Positions 8,230 through 16,603 are shown, numbered from the stretch's first letter. The stretch: DNA of 64,000 nucleotides from Bacteroidia bacterium (GCA_030639005.1 DAOWDN010000164.1:17369-81368); one strand, 5' to 3'. Numbers and translations: made by a program. Notes: generated by a model from the sequence alone, not told the origin.

Positions 8230-8735
8230 TCATTTACTAGCTTAACTCCGGGCTCAAGGTTGGTCGGATTCTGAAACATATCTAAAATATAGACAGTTCT
8301 CTCATTCCTTTGCTCTACTAATAATTCGTAACCTTCACTCATCTTCAATTTACCACCAGCACTATTCGAATAATAATAGGTGTTTCCAGAAGTGTAAATT
8401 GCAATGAGAGCCTCAGGTTCTTCCTCCCAAATTCCAATTAATTGGTCAGGATTCAATTGGTCTTTTATCCTTTGAATTTCTTCGTCTGTGAGCCCATTTT
8501 TCTTTCTATTACCTGCTTGAGTTCTATTTGGGCTTCTAAGATCATTTGATTGTGTTTGAGAAGGCTTTTCTTGACTTGTTGAGTTTATAAGGCCAGTTAT
8601 ATCGGCTATTGCATATAATGAGCAGAACGCTAATGCAACAATAAATATCCATTGAATGAACTGGTCTGATGGATTTTCTTTTTTGCTCATCATTCTTTTG
8701 TTATTGATGGGATTCTTGCAGATAAATATAACCAA
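8226..8735 (-). pseudogene. 5' portion of a membrane-anchored hypothetical gene truncated by IS66
   Basis: The current stop codon (TAA, 8228-8226) lies inside the IS right inverted repeat, and the native frame resumes at 5607. The likely start is MSKKENPSDQ..., followed by a TM helix IQWIFIVALAFCSLYAI. Confidence 0.6.
8230..8237 (+). repeat. Right copy of the 8-bp target-site duplication tcatttac
   Basis: Identical to 5600-5607. Confidence 0.85.
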
Positions 8736-8803
8736 TAATTCAGACTATAGTCCGTGGACACAGGATGTTATTCTAGGTTCCTTTACTGTAGACTATTGTC
8801 CGA

Positions 8804-9031
8804 ATGGAGCTTATTCAGGTTTTCGGTATAACATTGAGCCAGTTGCGGAAGGAAGCTGGTTTGACTCAGGAAAAGTTAGCCGAGTTAGCTGGGTATGACC
8901 GGACATATATTTCACTTATTGAAAGGGGTCTTCGCAAACCGACAGTTCAGGCTCTATTCAATCTTTCAAAGCCCCTGGGGATCTCTCCTCACCAATTCAT
9001 CAAGTTTGTAGAAGAAGAATTATCTGAATGA
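8804..9031 (+). CDS. XRE-family HTH transcriptional regulator
   Basis: ITLSQLRKEAGLTQEKLAELAGYDRTYISLIERGLRKPTVQALFNLSKPLG is a canonical HTH_3 sequence. Confidence 0.82.
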   Translation: MELIQVFGITLSQLRKEAGLTQEKLAELAGYDRTYISLIERGLRKPTVQALFNLSKPLGISPHQFIKFVEEELSE

Positions 9032-9490
9032 TATGTCGAACACTTGAACTACAATAGAAAATGCAGCTAAGAATCCGGAGATTACTATGGCTGCAATTGC
9101 TATTTTATGGGCTTGTCTACTAAAAATCCTAGCTTCCTTCAATTCGAGATAATCGTATAAACTGAATAATTGTTCGGCCTGCAGAAAGCCACCTGATGAA
9201 TCATGCCTATTTGTTTGCATTCCAAGCTCCGATTGTACCTTGCCAGTTTTTACTTGATATGCGTATTGCGCCCACTGTGGGTTATAAAAGGTTAAATAGA
9301 ACCACTCCTTGAATTGAAATACGTTGTCCCCTTTAGTATAATAGCCGGTTTCCTCAAGATGCTTTATCATATCCTGAAAGCTGATCCCTTCTTTGATTCT
9401 TTCTTCTCCATATTGCAGGGCTGCTATATAGATATTAGATCGTCCTGATCGGGATTTCCTTTTCCTTAATGAGGGTTTTCTTGAAGTCAT
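9020..9490 (-). CDS. Hypothetical protein with a C-terminal TM helix
   Basis: 156-aa ORF that converges on the XRE gene and overlaps it by 12 nt. The C-terminus IAIAAIVISGFLAAFSIVVQVF is hydrophobic. Confidence 0.4.
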   Translation of the reverse strand: MTSRKPSLRKRKSRSGRSNIYIAALQYGEERIKEGISFQDMIKHLEETGYYTKGDNVFQFKEWFYLTFYNPQWAQYAYQVKTGKVQSELGMQTNRHDSSGGFLQAEQLFSLYDYLELKEARIFSRQAHKIAIAAIVISGFLAAFSIVVQVFDISFR

Positions 9491-9726
9491 AACTCTGAAG
9501 ATTTATCTATCCATAAATGTAGCTGTTCTTCTTTTGTTTCCAATACTTAATAAGCGCATAGGGGGAGCTATTGATTTTGAAAAACCAAGCGCCTTAATCG
9601 TGCATTACCAGTATAGCAGTGAAAAAGGCACTTGGTATGAATGGGAATCGCTGAATTGAAATAAAAAAAGGGATACAAAAAAGATTCTCCATTTTGCAAC
9701 AATTAGATAATCCATGCTAATTGGAA

Positions 9727-10041
9727 TTATTTCATTTTTTTTAGCTCTGGAATTCTAACTTTTAATTTATATCCAATTGGATATGCCGCCTCCCAAGTAC
9801 CTTTATCTGTATAAAGGAAAAACTCCAAATCGTTTTTTCCAGAGGCTTTAATTACTCCGAAACAGAAATATATTCCATATGTATTTTCAAGCATTTTTAG
9901 CTGGTCATGCAAATAATGCACAGGATTAGACCTATGTGTTATTACTGATCCGATTTTATATAGTGAACTCATGATATAAGAATTTAAGTGAATAAATAAT
10001 TCAGTTGAATATTCCAGCTTAATTGCTTCTCGGAGGCCCAC
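9727..10041 (-). CDS. Hypothetical protein
   Basis: ORF on the same strand as the neighbouring element genes. The start is uncertain, and an internal ATG would give MSSLYKIG.... Confidence 0.35.
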   Translation of the reverse strand: MGLREAIKLEYSTELFIHLNSYIMSSLYKIGSVITHRSNPVHYLHDQLKMLENTYGIYFCFGVIKASGKNDLEFFLYTDKGTWEAAYPIGYKLKVRIPELKKMK

Positions 10042-10106
10042 GGATCTGATCGGGATAACAAAAAGAATGTGCAGTGTTTTTCATAACGTCTAATACTTCA
10101 TATGAT

Positions 10107-11093
10107 TCATATTAAAATGCCGTATAATGCTTCTAATTTGCTTTCTAGTTCACTTATAATGCTCGTACTATGCAACTCATTACTTTGACTTACTAGCTCC
10201 CTCACGCTCCGCTTATATTGACTCCGGGTTACACTTGGATTTTTGACATCATACTCCTGAGAATCTATCAGATTGTACATCTCATTCAAGCCATATTCTC
10301 TAAGGCCGATCATGGCCAGGAAATCCTTAACCCAGCCCCTCCCAGAAACAAAAGAATTTGAAGGAATATCGAACTCAACGATATTCACGGTATTCAATTC
10401 TTTAGCTAAATGATCTATTAGACGTTGGAATGTGTCAGGAGAGTATAGGTCTGTGAACCTAAGTTCTTTTCCAAGGATAGGTTTTTCACTGTACTTCTTA
10501 ATCTTGACCTCGAAACGCAGAATATTCAGGTGCTTGATGAATTCAGGAAGGGCTTTGAAGGCTTCTCGGGATTTCATATCCTTCTTCATCTCTTTCAACT
10601 TATCATAGAAAGTGACTCCTTGGTAGTCAGTCTTAATTCGGAAATCCACTGTCTGGCCTTGATGAAGGACCCGCTGTCTTCTGGGATAGCCCTGTATGGC
10701 CTGTATGTAATTCGCTACCGGCCGTTTAACCACGAAATTAAATCCAAAGTCTAACCTAGTAATCTTCAGATTATCCAAGGGGACTTCAATAATGTCGGAT
10801 AAGGTGTCAAGGACCAGATGGACATCTGATGGTGTACAGGATGCTATATTGTTTCCATATAGGAATTTCGGGATGCTTCCTTCAATGGAAATTTGCTTGG
10901 CAACTTCATTGTGTAGGGGATAGCGGATGGAGACTTTGAAGTTTTTTATCATGCCTTTGAGGTACCCAGTTTGGGATTCCAGATTTTGTTGAATTTTGGG
11001 ATTCTCAATCCTGGGAGTAAGACTGGATATCGGGATTAGGTCAAGGTCTGGGATTGGTGTCAGGTCTAGGTATCCTCTGATTGTGTCTATCAT
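10107..11093 (-). CDS. Putative replication-initiation protein (phage/plasmid gene II/X-like)
   Basis: 328 aa. The N-terminal MIDTIRGYLDL... and the overall size resemble gpII/CRI-type rolling-circle Rep proteins often found with integrases in Bacteroidota elements. This is recognition only, with no catalytic motif verified. Confidence 0.35.
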   Translation of the reverse strand: MIDTIRGYLDLTPIPDLDLIPISSLTPRIENPKIQQNLESQTGYLKGMIKNFKVSIRYPLHNEVAKQISIEGSIPKFLYGNNIASCTPSDVHLVLDTLSDIIEVPLDNLKITRLDFGFNFVVKRPVANYIQAIQGYPRRQRVLHQGQTVDFRIKTDYQGVTFYDKLKEMKKDMKSREAFKALPEFIKHLNILRFEVKIKKYSEKPILGKELRFTDLYSPDTFQRLIDHLAKELNTVNIVEFDIPSNSFVSGRGWVKDFLAMIGLREYGLNEMYNLIDSQEYDVKNPSVTRSQYKRSVRELVSQSNELHSTSIISELESKLEALYGILI

Positions 11094-11143
11094 GATTTCT
11101 TCCTTTTATTATTGAACTTTAATAATTAGATACTCTTATTAAA

Positions 11144-11545
11144 TCATTGCATATGAGTGCTTGATCTAAGCTTTAGGATAAAGGGCCTGAAATATCCAGA
11201 CTGGAATAATTGTATTAGGATTGGAGCATACTGGCGAACACCTTTAATAATAAGAACTCGTGCTTTTTTGTTTTTGAGCAGGGTCCGAACAAGTATTATA
11301 TCATTCGTACCTTGAATTTGTGCAACTCCAAATTTCTCATTCAGTGGAATCTCTATTGTACATTTATCTGATAGACAAAGTCTACAGCAGAATCTGTGGT
11401 CCTTCATTGAATAGTTAAGTTCAAGGAATATATTGTGAGGGGGAACAACTTGGCAACCTTTATCGGTTGCTAATACTAACTGATATGAGATTTGGCTATT
11501 TGTCCTCGAAATAGACTTAAACTCATAGTATTGATCGATTTCCAT
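11144..11545 (-). CDS. Hypothetical protein
   Basis: 133-aa ORF in the same-strand gene array. Confidence 0.4.
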   Translation of the reverse strand: MEIDQYYEFKSISRTNSQISYQLVLATDKGCQVVPPHNIFLELNYSMKDHRFCCRLCLSDKCTIEIPLNEKFGVAQIQGTNDIILVRTLLKNKKARVLIIKGVRQYAPILIQLFQSGYFRPFILKLRSSTHMQ

Positions 11546-11619
11546 TGTCCGTGTATTAGTGATTTACACGAACAAAGAAACCTCATAAGGCACAGTGAAT
11601 CAATTGGTAGAGATTAATA

Positions 11620-12027
11620 TTAACTTAATTTAATCTCTCCTAAGCCCTTAACAATTTCTATAATTTCGGAGATGTTTTGTTTATCAAGATTTGATCTTAC
11701 TACACTTAAATTCTCGGGTTTAAAATCTTTGTTCTCCTTAGTAATGAAGTGAGAAGCAATCCGAACTAAATAGTTTTTCGAATATGAGTTGGGGACAATC
11801 CCGTTTGAAATCATTAATGAGAACAATCCAACAATTTTATCCTGTGTACCGAGCCATTGAATTTTACTCGGCTGAGTATCTCTTTCAGTGAAATGCAATA
11901 TGAATTCATCAAATAGACAATCTATCAATGTAAGGGAGGTTAGTTGCTCAAACAGGTTAGTCGTAATCGCTAATTTCTGTTCATCATTTCCAATAATATG
12001 AATGAAATCGCTTTTATCTCTTTTCAC
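11620..12027 (-). CDS. Hypothetical protein
   Basis: 135-aa ORF that overlaps the upstream ORF by 4 nt, a pattern typical of translational coupling. Confidence 0.5.
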   Translation of the reverse strand: MKRDKSDFIHIIGNDEQKLAITTNLFEQLTSLTLIDCLFDEFILHFTERDTQPSKIQWLGTQDKIVGLFSLMISNGIVPNSYSKNYLVRIASHFITKENKDFKPENLSVVRSNLDKQNISEIIEIVKGLGEIKLS

Positions 12028-12395
12028 GAATTCAATATCTGAATATCTGAATATCCAAATCCCAAATCATTATATATTTTATTTGGATCGTAGTGTTTAT
12101 TCTCTGTAATACCTTTATCTGCAATCATTTTAATCTTGATACACTCTTTCAGTAATTCATCAAACTTATCTTTTGGAAGATCTTCCTGTAACTCTATCAG
12201 ATCATCAATAATATACTTGATCTCTGATGATATATCCTGCCAATACAAATACCAATCATCTTCAGCGATCAAGTATTCGACCTGTCCACATTCAAGAATA
12301 TCAATGGAAACAAATTCGATAAATGAGTTTTGAATATCCTCGATTGCACGCCGACGTTGTTTATCAATTAATGATTGATATTTAGAAACATCCAT
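12024..12395 (-). CDS. Hypothetical acidic protein
   Basis: 123-aa ORF, 31 nt downstream of the integrase and overlapping the next ORF by 4 nt. Confidence 0.5.
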   Translation of the reverse strand: MDVSKYQSLIDKQRRRAIEDIQNSFIEFVSIDILECGQVEYLIAEDDWYLYWQDISSEIKYIIDDLIELQEDLPKDKFDELLKECIKIKMIADKGITENKHYDPNKIYNDLGFGYSDIQILNS

Positions 12396-12426
12396 ACCAG
12401 ATAGGATTAAGGTGCGAATAAAGCTA

Positions 12427-13509
12427 TTAAATATTAGGGAGATTGTCTACAGCTGACACTTTAGAAGTATCAATCACCTTTGCATAGATCTGTGTGGATT
12501 TAATATCCCGGTGCCCTAGGAGTTCTTTTACAGTCATCAAATTTGCACCATTAGCAAGAAGCATTACTGCATAAGTATGACGAGCGCAATGGAATGTGAT
12601 TTTTTTGCTGATTTTAGCTGCTTCTAGCAACTTTTGGAGTAGTCTCCTTATGTGCACTACATTAAATTGCAAATTGAATACTAGAGCATCTTTTGGGGGT
12701 CTATCCCCGATAAGTTTTAAGGCCGTTTCATTAAGTGGGATATGATTAATGTTCCCAGTCTTGGCTTGCCTCTTATGAATAGCAAATGATTTCCCATTCC
12801 CATTAAAATCTACTTCTTGGATTTGGCTCCATTTCAGTGTTGAGATATCCCCATACCTCAACCCAGTAAAACAAGAAAATAAAAAAGCACGTTGAACTAC
12901 ATCATGATGGAAATCCACATCATTGATCCTTTGAATCTCTTCAATAGTAAGATACCCCCTACTAGACTCTGGGACACGTATAGGATCAACAAAGAATGAA
13001 GGATTTTGAATAAGGATTTTATCCTTGACACTTTCACTTAAAGCGCATTTTACTTTAGCAAAATACGTTGAGGTTGAGGAGGGGGATACCTTAGTGTGCA
13101 AGTAATCAATAAATTCCTCTAACCATTCCCGGTCAATCTCTGTGAATAGTGCTGTCCCGTTGCAAAAGGATTGTAGATGTGTGTAGGTATTTTTCCAAGC
13201 CGTTTTTGAATTCCCTTCTCTCTTATTCAACTGTTTCTCAAAGTAAGCAATGAAGTTTTGGTTTAACTTTTCTTTGGTTGGGAATCCATAGGCCTCGTTG
13301 GCTAACTCCATCATCCGCTTGGCCTTGATATTCTCGGCCAATTTCAACTTCTCATTTCTGTAAGTCTTGTCATCGTATGGTTCAAGGTAGATGCCAAGGA
13401 ACTCCCTTTTGCGTTTTCCCTTGCGATAATAAATGTCCAAATACAGGCTATACCTGGGTTTCGTGTTTCCCTTGGATCGGATCTGGCGTTTCCTGAGATG
13501 TACTTTCAT
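12427..13509 (-). CDS. Tyrosine site-specific recombinase / integrase
   Basis: 360 aa. It has the Bacteroidota-type N-terminus (RYSLYLDIYYRKGKRKREFLGIYL) and a C-terminal catalytic region with LRYGDISTL, HCARHTYAVMLL and LLGHRDIKSTQIYAKV (the R..H..R..Y set). Confidence 0.93.
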   Translation of the reverse strand: MKVHLRKRQIRSKGNTKPRYSLYLDIYYRKGKRKREFLGIYLEPYDDKTYRNEKLKLAENIKAKRMMELANEAYGFPTKEKLNQNFIAYFEKQLNKREGNSKTAWKNTYTHLQSFCNGTALFTEIDREWLEEFIDYLHTKVSPSSTSTYFAKVKCALSESVKDKILIQNPSFFVDPIRVPESSRGYLTIEEIQRINDVDFHHDVVQRAFLFSCFTGLRYGDISTLKWSQIQEVDFNGNGKSFAIHKRQAKTGNINHIPLNETALKLIGDRPPKDALVFNLQFNVVHIRRLLQKLLEAAKISKKITFHCARHTYAVMLLANGANLMTVKELLGHRDIKSTQIYAKVIDTSKVSAVDNLPNI

Positions 13510-13729
13510 GCCCCATTCTTTGGGTTAATTTAAGGGACAAGAAGGACTTATCGAAGGAATACAATGTTAACAGCAATGAAAATATGCTGTTTCGATAGAG
13601 GTGAAATTATCTTGTCAGATATATGACATGAAAATAGGTACAATTGTGACACGATGGCAGTTATGTGGATATATTGGGGTTTGGCATGGACCTTGTTATA
13701 CCATTAACAGTTCTTTGAAAAGGCTCAGA

Positions 13730-13841
13730 TTTGACATACGGTTTACTCGTAAACCTCGTGTCGGGATTGCCCAAGACCTGTTATGGTTATTCAGATTCAT
13801 ATTGACGATTGTCATATGGTTTAATCTCAACAGTTCTGTTC
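13730..13841 (+). repeat. Copy 1 of a perfect 112-bp direct repeat
   Basis: Aligned by hand and identical at 112 of 112 positions to 14093-14204. The flanking bases differ on both sides. Confidence 0.95.
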
Positions 13842-14092
13842 GCATCTCCTTTGAAACCATTGTGCATGTTAGCACAAATCCTTTAGAAACAGTGGAATCA
13901 AGCTCTTTATGGAGTCGAGAGGCGAGGCGGTTTGCAGATAGTCATGAAAAAAATTGCAAAGTGGAAAAAATTCATAAATTGTAGGAATATGAAGAATATC
14001 GATTTGGCGTTTTGGCGGGAGTATCTGGAATCTGAAAAAATGCAATCAGTAACGCCCGCAACTTTTCGGATGAATTAATTGTCATCCTGGCG

Positions 14093-14204
14093 TTTGACAT
14101 ACGGTTTACTCGTAAACCTCGTGTCGGGATTGCCCAAGACCTGTTATGGTTATTCAGATTCATATTGACGATTGTCATATGGTTTAATCTCAACAGTTCT
14201 GTTC
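14093..14204 (+). repeat. Copy 2 of a perfect 112-bp direct repeat, ending 31 nt before the RT ORF
   Basis: Identical to 13730-13841, with an offset of 363 bp. Confidence 0.95.
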
Positions 14205-14235
14205 TCTAAATTGTAATTTGCTGACATGCTAATCA

Positions 14236-15579
14236 GTGGTCGATTATTCTAGGGGGATTACATATAGAAAACCATTCATGACAGCATCTCTTCTTGCAAA
14301 GATTTCCTCAACAGAAGCATTACACAATGCATGGAATAAGCTCAACAAACACAATCCAAATTCATGCGGTCTGTCTCGTGAAACAATAAATGAGTTCCAT
14401 AAGAATCTGAATTCCAGGATTCAATCATTAAGTTCAAATCTGCAGGAAGGGTCTTTTAAATTTCGTCCAACAAAGGCTGTTGTAATTCCCAAGGACAAGA
14501 ATAAGTTTAGGCCATTGCAAGTTCCAGAAGTCTCTGATAGGATTGTACTTAAAAGTATGGCCATAGAATTGGAACAAATATTCGAAGAAAGGCTGAAGGT
14601 TAGCAGAGATGTTAGTTTTGCATATCAAAAAGGAGTTGGTATTCGTGATGCAATGAGGCAGATTGATGTGCTGCATAAGATGGGCAGGTGTTTTGTCCTT
14701 GAAGCAGATATAGTGAATTTCTTTGGTGAAGTTGACAAGGAAAAACTTCTTAAACAGCATTTATTTCCATCATTACCTGATTCAAGCATTAATGATCTGA
14801 TTCAAAGTGGGCTTAATCAATCTGTAGGAGGTACTAAAATACTATCTAAAGACCAGAAGAAACTATTTTCTAATGTTGGAAATGGGATCCCACAAGGAAA
14901 TTCATTGTCACCGTTATTGTCTAATATCTATCTAGCTCCTTTTGATGATTATCTTAAAAGTAGAAAGCTAGGACTAGTCAGGTATGCAGATGATTTTATT
15001 GTAATGTGTGATTCTATGGATCAGGCTCTGGAATCATATGACCTTTGTAAAAACTTTCTGAATAATGAGCTTGGTTTAAAAATATATAGCATAGAGGATG
15101 GCTCAAAGACAAAGGTCATAGACCTTGGTAATGGTGTCCTAAACTTTCTTTCAATCGAATTCAATGGGTCGGAGTTTTATCCTTCTATTGAGAATTTTGA
15201 GAGATTCAAAAATAAGGTCAGGAACATCTGTAATAATCCAAATGCTCAAGCTGATATACTGACTACAATCACAAAAATTAGGAATGCACTTGATGGATGG
15301 TTGTCAGCCTATTTTTATACAGGGGTCGATAGGTATTTGGAGGAACTTGATTTTTATATCAATCGTCAGTTATATTTAAATTTGAGAGCCTTTGGTTTTG
15401 TGTTAAGTAGGAATTCTACAAGCAAGATTCCATATAAATATAGGGTGCCTAACGTTAGTAGTCATTGTCTGTCAAAGGTCCAGAGAGCCAATTCAGGAAT
15501 ACCAATTTCTAAAGATTTAGTAAAATCCAAAAGAGAAATGGCTATTGATGAATCGGATATAGAAGAGATAGATTTGTGA
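14236..15579 (+). CDS. Reverse transcriptase, group-II-intron-like / defence-associated, with no additional enzymatic domain
   Basis: RT motifs are FRPLQVPEVSDRIVLK, VLEADIVNFFGEV, GIPQGNSLSPLLSNIYL and LVRYADDFIVMC, with a thumb/maturase-like KIRNALDGWLSAYFYTG. The track start is a GTG at 14236, and the first ATG at 14278 (MTASLLAK...) is an equally plausible start. Confidence 0.9.
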   Translation: MVDYSRGITYRKPFMTASLLAKISSTEALHNAWNKLNKHNPNSCGLSRETINEFHKNLNSRIQSLSSNLQEGSFKFRPTKAVVIPKDKNKFRPLQVPEVSDRIVLKSMAIELEQIFEERLKVSRDVSFAYQKGVGIRDAMRQIDVLHKMGRCFVLEADIVNFFGEVDKEKLLKQHLFPSLPDSSINDLIQSGLNQSVGGTKILSKDQKKLFSNVGNGIPQGNSLSPLLSNIYLAPFDDYLKSRKLGLVRYADDFIVMCDSMDQALESYDLCKNFLNNELGLKIYSIEDGSKTKVIDLGNGVLNFLSIEFNGSEFYPSIENFERFKNKVRNICNNPNAQADILTTITKIRNALDGWLSAYFYTGVDRYLEELDFYINRQLYLNLRAFGFVLSRNSTSKIPYKYRVPNVSSHCLSKVQRANSGIPISKDLVKSKREMAIDESDIEEIDL

Positions 15580-15602
15580 CAACCGGGTGAAAAGTAAGGT
15601 AC

Positions 15603-15644
15603 AAAAAAAGCCCTTGATGAAAATCAAAGGCATTGTGTACTTTT
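15603..15644. terminator. Hairpin gcccttgat-GAAA-atcaaaggc flanked by A7 upstream and a T-run downstream; probable bidirectional intrinsic terminator
   Basis: The stem is 15610-15618 paired with 15623-15631, with 8 of 9 pairs. On the minus strand it is followed directly by TTTTTTT, which would terminate the 15804..16499 gene. On the plus strand it sits 30 nt after the RT stop, with a weaker T tract at 15641-15644. Confidence 0.55.
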
Positions 15645-15803
15645 AAACTAGTTTTTAACTCCCCCTCCTATGGCAAGCATGATATCCACTTCATCACAAT
15701 TTCCGGACTCAAAATGTTTTCATGTCTCAGTCTTAGGTTTAATTTAAATGATAAGAGGACTTTTTGAAGGAATTATAAAGCATAGTTACGTTATCTTGTT
15801 TGT

Positions 15804-16499
15804 TTAAAAGACTCGATTTAAAGAAAAACCTGACTCAACAATGTATTTGAAGAAATCTCTGCCAATTGGAGTGATTATTACTGAGTTAGCCTCAATCTGA
15901 ATCAAACCATAACTTGTAAGAAATTCGAGATAATTTTTAAAAGGGTAGTTTTCATAAAACTTTGGGTCATTTCTTTTAGCCTCGTCAAAAAAAGGCATTA
16001 TTGAATCCAGTGTCTCATTTTTGCTTGAGTTTAGCCTCTCAAGAATTCGAATTTGGCTCCCATAAATCAAGGTATATATGCGGTTGAACTGCATGATTAA
16101 ATAAATCATTTGGGAATAGCTAAATAGTACTTTTTCCCTTTCTTCATGCGTTTTAAATGAATCAACGTTAGATTCATTGAGAACTGCTTTACGAAAGACC
16201 TCAAGTGTTTCAGGATTGAAATTACTTTGAATTCTCTCTAAATTCTTATTAGGAATCTCTTTGATTAATTTCTCAAATGGTGAACCTTCATCGCTGGATT
16301 GCTTTTTTGGAATCTCTGTCTCAATGCCAGTACCCTTAAACCCTATTGATTTGATTCGATTAATGAAATCCTTTAGGGGTTTTCTGAGGATAAGAAAGAT
16401 AATTATTACTACTAGAGGCCAAATTAGAATCCCTAACAATGTAGTAATGTCTTTCAATAAATGTAATAGGACTACTTGAGGTATGAAGCTTAATAGCAT
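15804..16499 (-). CDS. Hypothetical N-terminally membrane-anchored protein
   Basis: 231 aa. The TM segment is LLGILIWPLVVIIIFLIL and the soluble remainder ends in a possible wHTH-like part (LEFLTSYGLIQIEANSVIITPIGRDFFKYI). The gene is AT-rich and convergent with the RT. Confidence 0.5.
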   Translation of the reverse strand: MLLSFIPQVVLLHLLKDITTLLGILIWPLVVIIIFLILRKPLKDFINRIKSIGFKGTGIETEIPKKQSSDEGSPFEKLIKEIPNKNLERIQSNFNPETLEVFRKAVLNESNVDSFKTHEEREKVLFSYSQMIYLIMQFNRIYTLIYGSQIRILERLNSSKNETLDSIMPFFDEAKRNDPKFYENYPFKNYLEFLTSYGLIQIEANSVIITPIGRDFFKYIVESGFSLNRVF

Positions 16500-16603
16500 T
16501 GTGGGGGGCTTTGATAGTTAACTCAATACAATTTAGTGTAAGATACAATTCGTGAGACAATACCGGGACATAAAAAGACAAATCTAGTTAAATACGAAGC
16601 TTA

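Noticed and set aside
8736-8803. Short gtcc-gt-ggac inverted repeat in the divergent region upstream of the XRE gene, considered as an operator
   Set aside because: It has only 4-bp arms, which is far too short to distinguish from chance.
13601-14193. ORFs 13601..13984 (+, 127 aa) and 13972..14193 (-, 73 aa) lying across the 112-bp repeats
   Set aside because: Each is open mainly because one frame of the repeat lacks stops. Their sequences are low-plausibility (e.g. RFDIRFTRKPRVGIAQDLLWLFRFILTIVIWFN), they have no convincing start context, and they overlap each other. The region is better treated as non-coding.
13730-15579. Diversity-generating retroelement (TR/VR pair plus RT)
   Set aside because: The two repeats are 100 percent identical, with no adenine-specific differences. 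Neither sits at the 3' end of a plausible target gene. The RT carries QGNSLSP rather than the DGR-type (I/L)GxxxSQ motif.
13510-15800. Mobile group II intron with an intron-encoded RT
   Set aside because: I saw no GUGYG-like 5' end upstream. The ~220 nt after the RT stop contain no 34-nt domain-V-like helix with an AGC triad. The only hairpin there is a simple 9-bp GAAA stem that fits a terminator. The RT also has no endonuclease domain.
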